Below, in pieces: positions 10,348 through 17,618 of a stretch of 36,604 nucleotides of DNA. Position 1 is the first letter of the stretch. Each line of letters opens with the position of its first letter. The stretch comes from a virus. The notes beneath the pieces were generated by a model that made no database searches, was not told where the DNA came from, and was given only the letters and a program-made list of their open reading frames with translations. The stretch is taken from IMG/VR virus record IMGVR_UViG_3300027917_000012, positions 1-36,604 of that record; one strand, written 5' to 3'. The position numbers and the translations under genes were made by a program.

Positions 10348-11237
10348 TGAGTGACATTCCCCCGATGGACGTGACCGAGGACGAGCTTGCGATTTCTGCT
10401 CAGGAAGAGCAGGACGCACGCGACGCCGTTGAGATCATCCGAGACACGCTGCGCCAGTACGGGTTGGAAGACCTGACTAGCGAGGCGTACAACATGCTGA
10501 TTGAGGGGTCGTCTACCGAAGCGGTCGTGCTGCGTCTGCGGGAATCGGAACGGTTCCGTGAACGGTTCTCAGGCATGGAACTACGGCGAGAAGCAGGATT
10601 GCCTGCGATCTCGCCTGCCGAGTACATCAGCCTTGAGCGCAGCTACAAGCAGACCCTGATGGCTGCTGGGATCCCTGAAGGGTTCTACGACTCGCCCGAC
10701 GACCTAGCGGCGTTCATCGGTAACGACGTGTCACCGAACGAGATGACGCAGCGCGTGTCGATGGCAGCGGCAGCGGTCCAGTCGGTTGACCCGAACCTGA
10801 AGACCCAGTTGCGGGATCTGTACGGGATCGGTGTTCAGAACGAGGGCGAGCTTATTGCGTACTTCTTGGACCCTGAGCGTGGCGTGAACGTGATCGAGCA
10901 GCGGTTGCAGATGGAAGCTGCCGGGTTGTCGTCTGCGGCGATGGGAACGCTGGGCGGCGGTTTTGAGCGGCAGACTGCTGAGCGGCTTGCTGATCTTGGT
11001 GTGCAGCGTCGTGAGATCACTGAGCGGCTCCAGGGGCAGCGTGGTTTGACGCAGCAGCTTCTCGGTGAGGAGCAGGCGGTGACGACTTCTGAGTTGGCCG
11101 CAGCCGAGTTCGGGCTGGATTCTGAAGCGACTGCCGAGGTGGCTCGTTTGCGTCAGGAACGGCAACAGCGTGGCCGCCGTCAGATGGGCACGCTGGTGAC
11201 TGGCGGCGGCGCTGCCGGTCTTGGTCGTGCCACTTGA
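10347..11237 (+). CDS. Hypothetical virion-module protein (296 aa, helical, acidic N-terminus)
   Basis: Track ORF. TGATG coupling to the upstream gene. Confidence 0.7.
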   Translation: MSDIPPMDVTEDELAISAQEEQDARDAVEIIRDTLRQYGLEDLTSEAYNMLIEGSSTEAVVLRLRESERFRERFSGMELRREAGLPAISPAEYISLERSYKQTLMAAGIPEGFYDSPDDLAAFIGNDVSPNEMTQRVSMAAAAVQSVDPNLKTQLRDLYGIGVQNEGELIAYFLDPERGVNVIEQRLQMEAAGLSSAAMGTLGGGFERQTAERLADLGVQRREITERLQGQRGLTQQLLGEEQAVTTSELAAAEFGLDSEATAEVARLRQERQQRGRRQMGTLVTGGGAAGLGRAT

Positions 11238-11264
11238 CGGGTTCTGTAAAGCGCACCTAACATC

Positions 11265-11307
11265 ATGGATGGATCGGCCCCCATACGGGGTGAGCTGTTC
11301 CATCCAT
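11265..11307 (+). promoter_or_regulatory. Compound stem-loop in the intergenic region upstream of the scaffold and capsid genes
   Basis: ATGGATGGA (11265-11273) pairs with TCCATCCAT (11299-11307). An inner CCCC-atac-GGGG hairpin lies at 11279-11290. No U-tract follows. Confidence 0.5.
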
Positions 11308-11357
11308 CCTCCGTCTGCATTCCACCGTTGTAGACGCGTATCGAAGGTGAGTGACAT

Positions 11358-11804
11358 ATGACAGATGAAATGCCCACCGAGGCTGAAGACTCTGTTAGCC
11401 AAGAATCGAAGCCAAACTGGCGACGTGAGCTAGAGGACCGGGCTAAGGCCGGGGACGAAGCTGTCGCACAGTTGGCGCAGTTGCAACGCGAGTTGTCGTT
11501 CCGAGATGCAGGTGTTGACCCAAGCTCAAAGCAGGGCCAGTACTTCATGCGGGGCTACGACGGCGAGATGACTGTGGACGCTATTCGTGCAGAAGCTGCC
11601 GAACTGGGCCTTACCGGACAGCCGGTGCAGGCGCAGCAACCCCAGATTGATTATGGGGCTGAGCAGCGGATCGCGATGGCGGCTGACGATGCTGGCCCTG
11701 TTACCAATCCTGAACTCGATACGTTGATTCGTCAGACGAAGAACCCTGACGAACTGCGAGAGTTGATGGAAGCGCACGGCCACACTTGGAACGCAGCAGT
11801 CTGA
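11358..11804 (+). CDS. Putative scaffolding protein (148 aa)
   Basis: Acidic, helical small protein immediately upstream of the major capsid gene. Assigned by position and composition only. Confidence 0.5.
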   Translation: MTDEMPTEAEDSVSQESKPNWRRELEDRAKAGDEAVAQLAQLQRELSFRDAGVDPSSKQGQYFMRGYDGEMTVDAIRAEAAELGLTGQPVQAQQPQIDYGAEQRIAMAADDAGPVTNPELDTLIRQTKNPDELRELMEAHGHTWNAAV

Positions 11805-11842
11805 TGTAGCTGAGGTGGGCCTGAGGGGAAAGGACCCCACTC

Positions 11843-12781
11843 ATGGCCTACACCCAGGCTTCTTCGGTGTCTTCGGATACCACTGCATTTGAACAGCTTG
11901 CCTACTTCGCGCTGCGTAGCCAGCCGATGTTCGAGATGGTTGCCGACGTTAAGTCGACCAACCAGTCGCACCCTGGCTCTGCTGTCCAGTTCAACATCTA
12001 CAACGATCTTGCTCAGGCCACTTCGGCTCTGACCGAGACTTCGGATGTGACCGCTGTTGCCCTTGGCGACTCGACCGTTACCGTGACCCTTGCCGAGTAC
12101 GGCAACGCTGTCACCACCACGGCGAAGCTTCGTGGCACCTCGTTCCTCAACGTGGATGCTGATGCTGCGAACATCATCGGTTACAACATGGCGAACTCGA
12201 TCGACAAGATCGTTCAGAGTGTCCTTGTTGGCGGCAGCAACGTCTCCTACGGCGGCGATGCCACCTCGACTGCGACCCTGGCTGCTGCCGACACCATTAC
12301 GGCGTCGCTCATCCGTCAGGCTGTCGCTGCGCTTCGTGGCGATTCGGCTCCGACGATGGAAGGCGGCGTGTACGTCGGCTTCATCCACCCGGACGTGTCG
12401 TACGACCTTCGTGAAGACACCGCTGTCACCGACGTGATCCAGTACCAGATCCGTCAGGACGGCTCCGGTGTCCGCATGGGCAGCATCGGCACCTTCGGCG
12501 GCGTGGACTTCATCGAGACTCCGCGTATCGACTTCACCGCTGACGGCGGCGCTTCCACCGTGGACGCCTACAACACCGTCATCTGCGGTAAGCAGGCGCT
12601 CGCCAAGGCTCACAGCCGTGGCGCTGGTTTCGGTGAGAACCCGTCCGTCGTGTTCGGTCCGGTGACCGACAGCCTCCGTCGTTTCCAGACGGTCGGCTGG
12701 TACCACCTCGTCGGTTACAGCCGTTTCCGTGAGGCTTCGCTCCAGCGGATCGAAACCTCGTCCAGCATCGGCGCTAACTGA
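11843..12781 (+). CDS. Major capsid protein (HK97 fold, resembles the N4-gp56 family)
   Basis: 312 aa. RBS ggaaagga upstream. The N-terminal pattern (FEQLAYFALRSQPMFEMVADV...HPGSAVQFNIYNDL) is typical of this capsid family as I recall it. It follows the scaffold candidate and is followed by a strong terminator. Confidence 0.75.
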   Translation: MAYTQASSVSSDTTAFEQLAYFALRSQPMFEMVADVKSTNQSHPGSAVQFNIYNDLAQATSALTETSDVTAVALGDSTVTVTLAEYGNAVTTTAKLRGTSFLNVDADAANIIGYNMANSIDKIVQSVLVGGSNVSYGGDATSTATLAAADTITASLIRQAVAALRGDSAPTMEGGVYVGFIHPDVSYDLREDTAVTDVIQYQIRQDGSGVRMGSIGTFGGVDFIETPRIDFTADGGASTVDAYNTVICGKQALAKAHSRGAGFGENPSVVFGPVTDSLRRFQTVGWYHLVGYSRFREASLQRIETSSSIGAN

Positions 12782-12807
12782 TAAGCGTTGATGGTGTAGT
12801 GTGAAGG

Positions 12808-12840
12808 GGGGTCGGGTGCGTGGCCCGACCCCTCTTTCTC
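12808..12840 (+). terminator. Rho-independent terminator or attenuator after the capsid gene
   Basis: GGGGTCGGG (12808-12816) pairs with CCCGACCCC (12824-12832), 7-nt loop, followed by tctttctc. Confidence 0.7.
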
Positions 12841-12856
12841 GTTGTCTGGAGTTGTT

Positions 12857-12934
12857 ATGCCTAAGGGTAAGCCGTACAGCAAAATCGGTAAGAAGGCTGC
12901 GAAGCCGATGCCTAAGAAGCGGAAGAAGAAGTAA
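12857..12934 (+). CDS. Candidate 25-aa lysine-rich micro-protein (MPKGKPYSKIGKKAAKPMPKKRKKK)
   Basis: Not in the track (<60 aa). GGAG lies 5 nt upstream of the ATG and its TAA overlaps the next ATG (TAATG). 12 of 25 residues are K/R. Confidence 0.4.
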   Translation: MPKGKPYSKIGKKAAKPMPKKRKKK

Positions 12935-13368
12935 TGGCTAGCGGAATGTACGGCATCACGTTCCTCAACGCTCTGAAGAACGATCTTGCCCTCGACCTGG
13001 ACGACACGACCGCTGACCGGTTTAAGGTCATGCTGGTTACGTCGTCTTACACCCCTGATTTCGGGACGCACGACTTCAAAGCGGATGTCACCAACGAGGT
13101 GGTTGGTACTGGTTACAGCGCTGGCGGCGAGTCGCTGACTTCGGTGACGTTGACGCAGTCGGGCGGCACGATCACGTTTGATGCTGATGACGTGACGTGG
13201 GCGTCTTCTACGATTACGGCTCGTGGCGCTGTGGTGTACGACGATTCGCTGGTGAACGACCCGTTGATTGCGTATATCGATTTTGGTGCGGACAAGTCGT
13301 CGTCTGCTGGCGACTTTGTGTTGTCGTTCAACGCGTCTGGCATTTTCACTCTTGATCTGACCCCGTGA
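12934..13368 (+). CDS. Conserved-looking virion protein (144 aa). Possible head decoration or head-tail adaptor
   Basis: Track ORF directly downstream of the capsid. Beta-rich sequence. The function is guessed from position. Confidence 0.6.
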   Translation: MASGMYGITFLNALKNDLALDLDDTTADRFKVMLVTSSYTPDFGTHDFKADVTNEVVGTGYSAGGESLTSVTLTQSGGTITFDADDVTWASSTITARGAVVYDDSLVNDPLIAYIDFGADKSSSAGDFVLSFNASGIFTLDLTP

Positions 13369-13377
13369 GGTTGATTC

Positions 13378-14415
13378 GTGGCTACTAACTTCCCTACTTC
13401 TGCTGATGACGCTACGACGGTTGGCGGCGACTCGCTGCCTGCTGCTGGTACGGCGCTGAGTGATTCGACGGAGGGTCATCCGTCGCATTCGGATCTGCAT
13501 GAGAACGTCGGTGACGCTGTCCAAGCGATCGAGGCGAAGGTTGGTACGGGGTCTTCAACGCCTGCTGCGAACACTGTGTTGACGGGTACTGCTTCGGGCA
13601 CGTCGGGTTGGGCGACGGTTGATACGGCCATGATTTCGGCTGATGCGGTGACCGGCGCAAAGATTGCTGACGACGCGATCGATTCGGAGCATTACACCGA
13701 CGGCTCGATCGACCGTGTGCATCTCGCTGCGGACATCATTGACGGCACGAAGCTGGCTGATGATGCGGTGGATTCTGAGCATTATGTGGACGGGTCGATT
13801 GACCGTGTGCATTTGGCTGCGGACATTGTTGACGGCACGAAGATTGCTGATGATTCGATCGATTCTGAGCATTACGTTGATGGCTCGATTGACACGGCGC
13901 ATCTTGCTGATGATGCGGTGACTGCTGCGAAGATTGCTGACGGCGCTGTCGGCAACGATCAGTTGATTGATGCTCCTACGTTTACTGGCATCACGTTGGG
14001 CGGTCAGGATCTTGGCGAGATCGAGACGTTCCCGGTCAACTGGACGAACCTGAGCGGCACGTTTGAAAGCGTTGGCGCTTACTACGCGTACATCAAGGAC
14101 ATGGTGTATGTGTCGATCGAGGCCGAGTTGAGCGCTTCGACTGGCATTGGTGACCTTCGTGTTGATCTACCGGTAGCTGGCTCTGACACTCATCAGGCCG
14201 CTAACGGCATGTTGCAGGTCCAGTTGTTTGATTCCGACACCAACAAGTACTACCAGGGCATGACTACTCCGGTTGATTCGAACACGGTGCAGATTCGTTA
14301 CAACATCGTGGATGGCAGCACGATCTTTGGTCAGCCGATTGGTTCGTCGGCCCCGTTTACTTGGGGCGATGGCGACAAGATCCTGATTACCGGGTTCTAT
14401 CGGGTCGGTAGTTGA
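13378..14415 (+). CDS. Tail fibre protein 1 (345 aa)
   Basis: GTG start with GAGG 7 nt upstream. N-terminus MATNFPTS...HSDLHENVGDAVQAIEAKVG is paralogous to the next fibre gene. Contains three 30-aa IADDAxDSEHYxDGSIDxxHLA repeats. Confidence 0.7.
   Translation: MATNFPTSADDATTVGGDSLPAAGTALSDSTEGHPSHSDLHENVGDAVQAIEAKVGTGSSTPAANTVLTGTASGTSGWATVDTAMISADAVTGAKIADDAIDSEHYTDGSIDRVHLAADIIDGTKLADDAVDSEHYVDGSIDRVHLAADIVDGTKIADDSIDSEHYVDGSIDTAHLADDAVTAAKIADGAVGNDQLIDAPTFTGITLGGQDLGEIETFPVNWTNLSGTFESVGAYYAYIKDMVYVSIEAELSASTGIGDLRVDLPVAGSDTHQAANGMLQVQLFDSDTNKYYQGMTTPVDSNTVQIRYNIVDGSTIFGQPIGSSAPFTWGDGDKILITGFYRVGS
13654..13965 (+). repeat. Tandem 90-bp (30-aa) coding repeats, about 3.4 copies, inside tail fibre 1
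   Basis: GAKIADDAIDSEHYTDGSIDRVHLAADIID / GTKLADDAVDSEHYVDGSIDRVHLAADIVD / GTKIADDSIDSEHYVDGSIDTAHLADDAVT, plus a partial copy. Confidence 0.85.
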
Positions 14416-14543
14416 TGAAAGTTACTGCTGAGGAGGTTGTGCAGGTGATCCGTGAACGGTTCCCCCTGCACTTTGAGATCGCCGTTCAGGCGGTGCAGAT
14501 TGCGAAGTTGTCGCAGCCGCAGGAGGCTGCTGAGGAAGACTGA
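14415..14543 (+). CDS. Small 42-aa ORF between the two fibre genes (MKVTAEEVVQVIRERFPLHFEIAVQAVQIAKLSQPQEAAEED)
   Basis: Not in the track. Its ATG overlaps the upstream TGA and its TGA overlaps the downstream ATG, so it exactly fills the gap. Confidence 0.5.
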   Translation: MKVTAEEVVQVIRERFPLHFEIAVQAVQIAKLSQPQEAAEED

Positions 14544-15223
14544 TGGCTACGAACTACCCAGGATCGTTGGATACCGGCACGGAGCAGCCGTCGCCGTTGT
14601 CTACGACGGAGATGGACGATGCTGGGTTCGAGCATGATGTTGTCCATACGAATCATTCCGGCGCGATTATTGCGTTGGAAACGAAGGTTGGTACTGGGTC
14701 TTCGACTGCTGTTGCTGATTCGGTGTTGGCTGGAACGGGTGCAGGCACGTCTAGTTGGACGACTGCTCCGTCGCTTACTGGCTTGACGATCAACGGCAAC
14801 GCAGTAGGCGAAGTTGAGACAGACTGGACGCCCTCGTTCGCTGCTGGCGTCACCGTCGGCAACGGCACCGTTTCCGGCACCTATCAGCGCGTAAATGAGT
14901 TTGTGATCGTTCAAGGCAGCTTTGTGCTCGGCAGCACCTCAGCAATCACCGGCGAAGTCCGAGTCGATCTGCCAGTCAATGCCGTCAACACGTTCGAGCT
15001 GTCCAACAGCACGTTTGTGCAAATCCTCGACACGTCAGCCAGCCGGTATTTCCGAGGCTCCGGCCGTGCCCAAAACGCCACCGAGGTGCGTTTGCGAGTG
15101 TTGATCGCTGAAACAGGCAGCAGCGACTACGTCTACGCTAAAGCGCTGAGCAGCAGCATCCCGATGACTTGGGCCAGCGGCGACCGGCTTGAATGGCTCT
15201 CCATCTACAGGACCGCATCATGA
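14543..15223 (+). CDS. Tail fibre protein 2 (226 aa)
   Basis: N-terminus MATNYPGSLD...HDVVHTNHSGAIIALETKVGTGSS is paralogous to fibre 1. The C-terminal halves also align loosely. Confidence 0.65.
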   Translation: MATNYPGSLDTGTEQPSPLSTTEMDDAGFEHDVVHTNHSGAIIALETKVGTGSSTAVADSVLAGTGAGTSSWTTAPSLTGLTINGNAVGEVETDWTPSFAAGVTVGNGTVSGTYQRVNEFVIVQGSFVLGSTSAITGEVRVDLPVNAVNTFELSNSTFVQILDTSASRYFRGSGRAQNATEVRLRVLIAETGSSDYVYAKALSSSIPMTWASGDRLEWLSIYRTAS

Positions 15224-15450
15224 TCGACCTAGCCGACGACCTCGACCCCGAAACCGTTCCCGACGAATGGTGGCTGGAACGGATGCGCCTGCACCGTAAC
15301 GCGCTTCTCGCCGCCTCAGACTGGACGCAGGCAGCCGACGACCCGACCGGCAACGCCGCCGCCTGGGCCACCTACCGGCAACAGCTCCGAGACGCGCCTG
15401 CCAACTGGACGCCCGGCCCGACCTGGATGCCACCAGCCTTGCCGTCATGA
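15220..15450 (+). CDS. Tail-fibre assembly chaperone-like protein (76 aa)
   Basis: ATGA overlap with fibre 2. The motif RLHRNALLAASDWTQAADDP...WATYRQQLRDAPANW resembles the Caudovirales tail-fibre assembly protein signature. Confidence 0.55.
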   Translation: MIDLADDLDPETVPDEWWLERMRLHRNALLAASDWTQAADDPTGNAAAWATYRQQLRDAPANWTPGPTWMPPALPS

Positions 15451-16283
15451 CCGCGTACCGGTCAACAAACACCTACCGTCAAGACCTCCTCAGGTACGAC
15501 GGCACGGTCATCGTCAACGTCACCGTCACCCCTGCCGTCATCGCAGGAACCTCCACAGCACCAGCAGTCACCGTCACCGAAGGCACGGGCGTTACCGTCA
15601 CGCCAGCAGCCATCGCAGCGACCTCGACAGCCCCTGCTGTCACCGTTAGCGAAGGCACCGGCGTCACCGTTAGCCCCGCTGTCATCGCGGCGACAGCGGC
15701 TCTGCCAGCGGTCACCGTTGAGATCCTGCTTGTCGTCTACGCCGACACGGTTACCAGCACCGCAGCCCTCCCCGCAGTCACGGTCACCGAAGGCACAGGC
15801 GTCACAGTCAACGCAGCGACTGTGTCCGGTTCTGGACTCATTCCAGAAGTCACAGTTAGCGAAGGCACCGGTGTCACGGTCACGCCAGCGGCTGTCGCAG
15901 CAACCTCCACGGTCCCCGACCCAACGATCACCGAGGGTGCGGGGGTCACGGTTGCTCGTCCGCAGATCGCAGCAACCAGCACAGTCCCGTCGCTAGACCT
16001 CTCGATGCGTTATGTACCAACCATTGAGAACATTCTGCCGCAGATCGACGTGGTCCCGTACCACACCAACGACCCTGCCCGTCGGCTGGCACGGTTCCGC
16101 ACGCCAGGTGCCCGTGGACGCAACATCTTTATTCTGACCAGCGGCGCAGTCACGACCCGTCAACCAGGCGATCCGACGTTGATTAGCCGCACGTTGCTGG
16201 GCGGGCACGAATCACCGACTGATCTAACATCAGAAGAGTTGGATGCGCTGGTTGGCGCTGGATACACCGTGGAGGTGCGCTGA
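15447..16283 (+). CDS. Repeat-containing tail or fibre-associated protein (278 aa)
   Basis: ATGA overlap upstream. About 6.5 tandem 24-aa repeats followed by a unique C-terminal domain. Confidence 0.6.
   Translation: MTAYRSTNTYRQDLLRYDGTVIVNVTVTPAVIAGTSTAPAVTVTEGTGVTVTPAAIAATSTAPAVTVSEGTGVTVSPAVIAATAALPAVTVEILLVVYADTVTSTAALPAVTVTEGTGVTVNAATVSGSGLIPEVTVSEGTGVTVTPAAVAATSTVPDPTITEGAGVTVARPQIAATSTVPSLDLSMRYVPTIENILPQIDVVPYHTNDPARRLARFRTPGARGRNIFILTSGAVTTRQPGDPTLISRTLLGGHESPTDLTSEELDALVGAGYTVEVR
15519..16000 (+). repeat. Tandem 72-bp (24-aa) coding repeats, about 6.5 copies
   Basis: Units such as VTVTPAVIAGTSTAPAVTVTEGTG / VTVTPAAIAATSTAPAVTVSEGTG / VTVNAATVSGSGLIPEVTVSEGTG / VTVTPAAVAATSTVPDPTITEGAG. 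One unit is disrupted (VEILLVVYADT). Confidence 0.85.
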
Positions 16284-16675
16284 TGCCAAGGTACGACTAC
16301 CGCTGCAAAGTGTGCGGCGCTGTTGAAGAAACGGTGCATGGGTTCAAGGAAGACCCTGAGATGCATTGTTTGGAGTGTGGCGCGGTGATGGGCCGCATGC
16401 TCGGCATGCCGTATGTGTCACCGTCAGCAGTCCCGTCACGCAACAACGTCATCGACCTAGAAGCGACGAAGCAGGCTGAGAAGGAGAAGGTGGCTGACAT
16501 GGACGCGTACAAGCGTCTGCGTAAGAACGGTGTGCAGCCGCCGTCGATCAATGGGTCCGCTCGGCTGGAAGCCAAAGCGGAAGAAAAGCATGAGGTAAAC
16601 TCCGGCAAGACGTTTGCGACCGCTACCGGTCGGAAGCGTGGCATGGGACTTGTGCGGGATGCGTTGGGTGAATAA
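16283..16675 (+). CDS. FmdB-family CxxC-CxxC zinc-ribbon protein (130 aa)
   Basis: N-terminus MPRYDYRCKVCGAVEETVHG...HCLECGAVMGR matches the FmdB-type zinc-ribbon pattern. Coupled at both ends. Confidence 0.65.
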   Translation: MPRYDYRCKVCGAVEETVHGFKEDPEMHCLECGAVMGRMLGMPYVSPSAVPSRNNVIDLEATKQAEKEKVADMDAYKRLRKNGVQPPSINGSARLEAKAEEKHEVNSGKTFATATGRKRGMGLVRDALGE

Positions 16676-17616
16676 TGACTGCTCAGACTTGGATTGACGA
16701 GACGCGTGACCTGCTTCTCACTGACTATGTAGAAGAGCAGGCGACGCTTGCCGCTGGGCTGGACGCAGATGCGTCGGATACGTCGGTGAGCTTTGCGTTG
16801 CCGTCAACGATCGTGCCCGGTGTGGTTCCCGGCGCAACGATCGAGGTCGGCACAGAGTTGATGTATGTGTTCTCGGTGTCGGATGCCGGGTTGGCGACGG
16901 TCAAACGTGGCTACAAAGGGTCGGAGGCTGCGGCACACTCAATCGGTGACCTTGTCACCGTGAACCCGAAGTTCCCTGCCTACCAGATCCTCGACGCGCT
17001 CAACCACGAGTTGCGTGACCTGTCGTCGCCGCAGCACGGCCTGTTCCAGATCAAGACCGTCGAGGTCACGTTCAACGCAGCCCAGGACGGCTACGACCTG
17101 ACCGGCGTCACCGACGACATCCTGTCGATCTACCAAGTCACCTACTCGGACCCTGGGTCGGAGGCGTCGGAGCCTGCGATCACCGAGTATGCGTTGCGCC
17201 GCGACCGCAACACGTCAGCGTTCCCGTCAGGCTACGGCCTGATCCTGCACTCGGATGCGTGGCCTGGCGAAACGGTGCGGGTCCTGTACAAGTGCGGGTT
17301 CGGCACCCTGACCGACGGCACCACAGCCCTGTCCACAACCGGGCTACACCCCGAGGCATATGACTTGCCTGCGCTGGGTGCAGCGTTGCGCCTGATGTCG
17401 TCGCGTCCGATCCGACGCGAGTTCCTCGATGAACAAGGGTCGTCTCGATCGGCTGAAGAGGTCGTGTCTGGTGCGATCTCGGCATCGATGCGTGACCTGC
17501 GTGCCCTGCGCCTTGACCGGATCAACGCAGAAACGACCCGCCTGTACAGCCAGTACCCGGCAACGTGGACCCGTTCGGGTGGTAGGACGCAGACTTCGAT
17601 CTATCGAGGGGTGTAG
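16675..17616 (+). CDS. Virion structural protein (313 aa). Possible tail adaptor or tubular protein
   Basis: Track ORF in the tail module. The function is inferred from position only. Confidence 0.55.
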   Translation: MTAQTWIDETRDLLLTDYVEEQATLAAGLDADASDTSVSFALPSTIVPGVVPGATIEVGTELMYVFSVSDAGLATVKRGYKGSEAAAHSIGDLVTVNPKFPAYQILDALNHELRDLSSPQHGLFQIKTVEVTFNAAQDGYDLTGVTDDILSIYQVTYSDPGSEASEPAITEYALRRDRNTSAFPSGYGLILHSDAWPGETVRVLYKCGFGTLTDGTTALSTTGLHPEAYDLPALGAALRLMSSRPIRREFLDEQGSSRSAEEVVSGAISASMRDLRALRLDRINAETTRLYSQYPATWTRSGGRTQTSIYRGV

Positions 17617-17618
17617 CG

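Noticed and set aside
15519-16000. Regular 72-bp repeats (and 90-bp repeats at 13654-13965) as a possible CRISPR array or non-coding satellite
   Set aside because: There are no unique spacers between repeats. The repeats are in-frame within long ORFs and vary mostly at the codon level, so they are coding tandem repeats.
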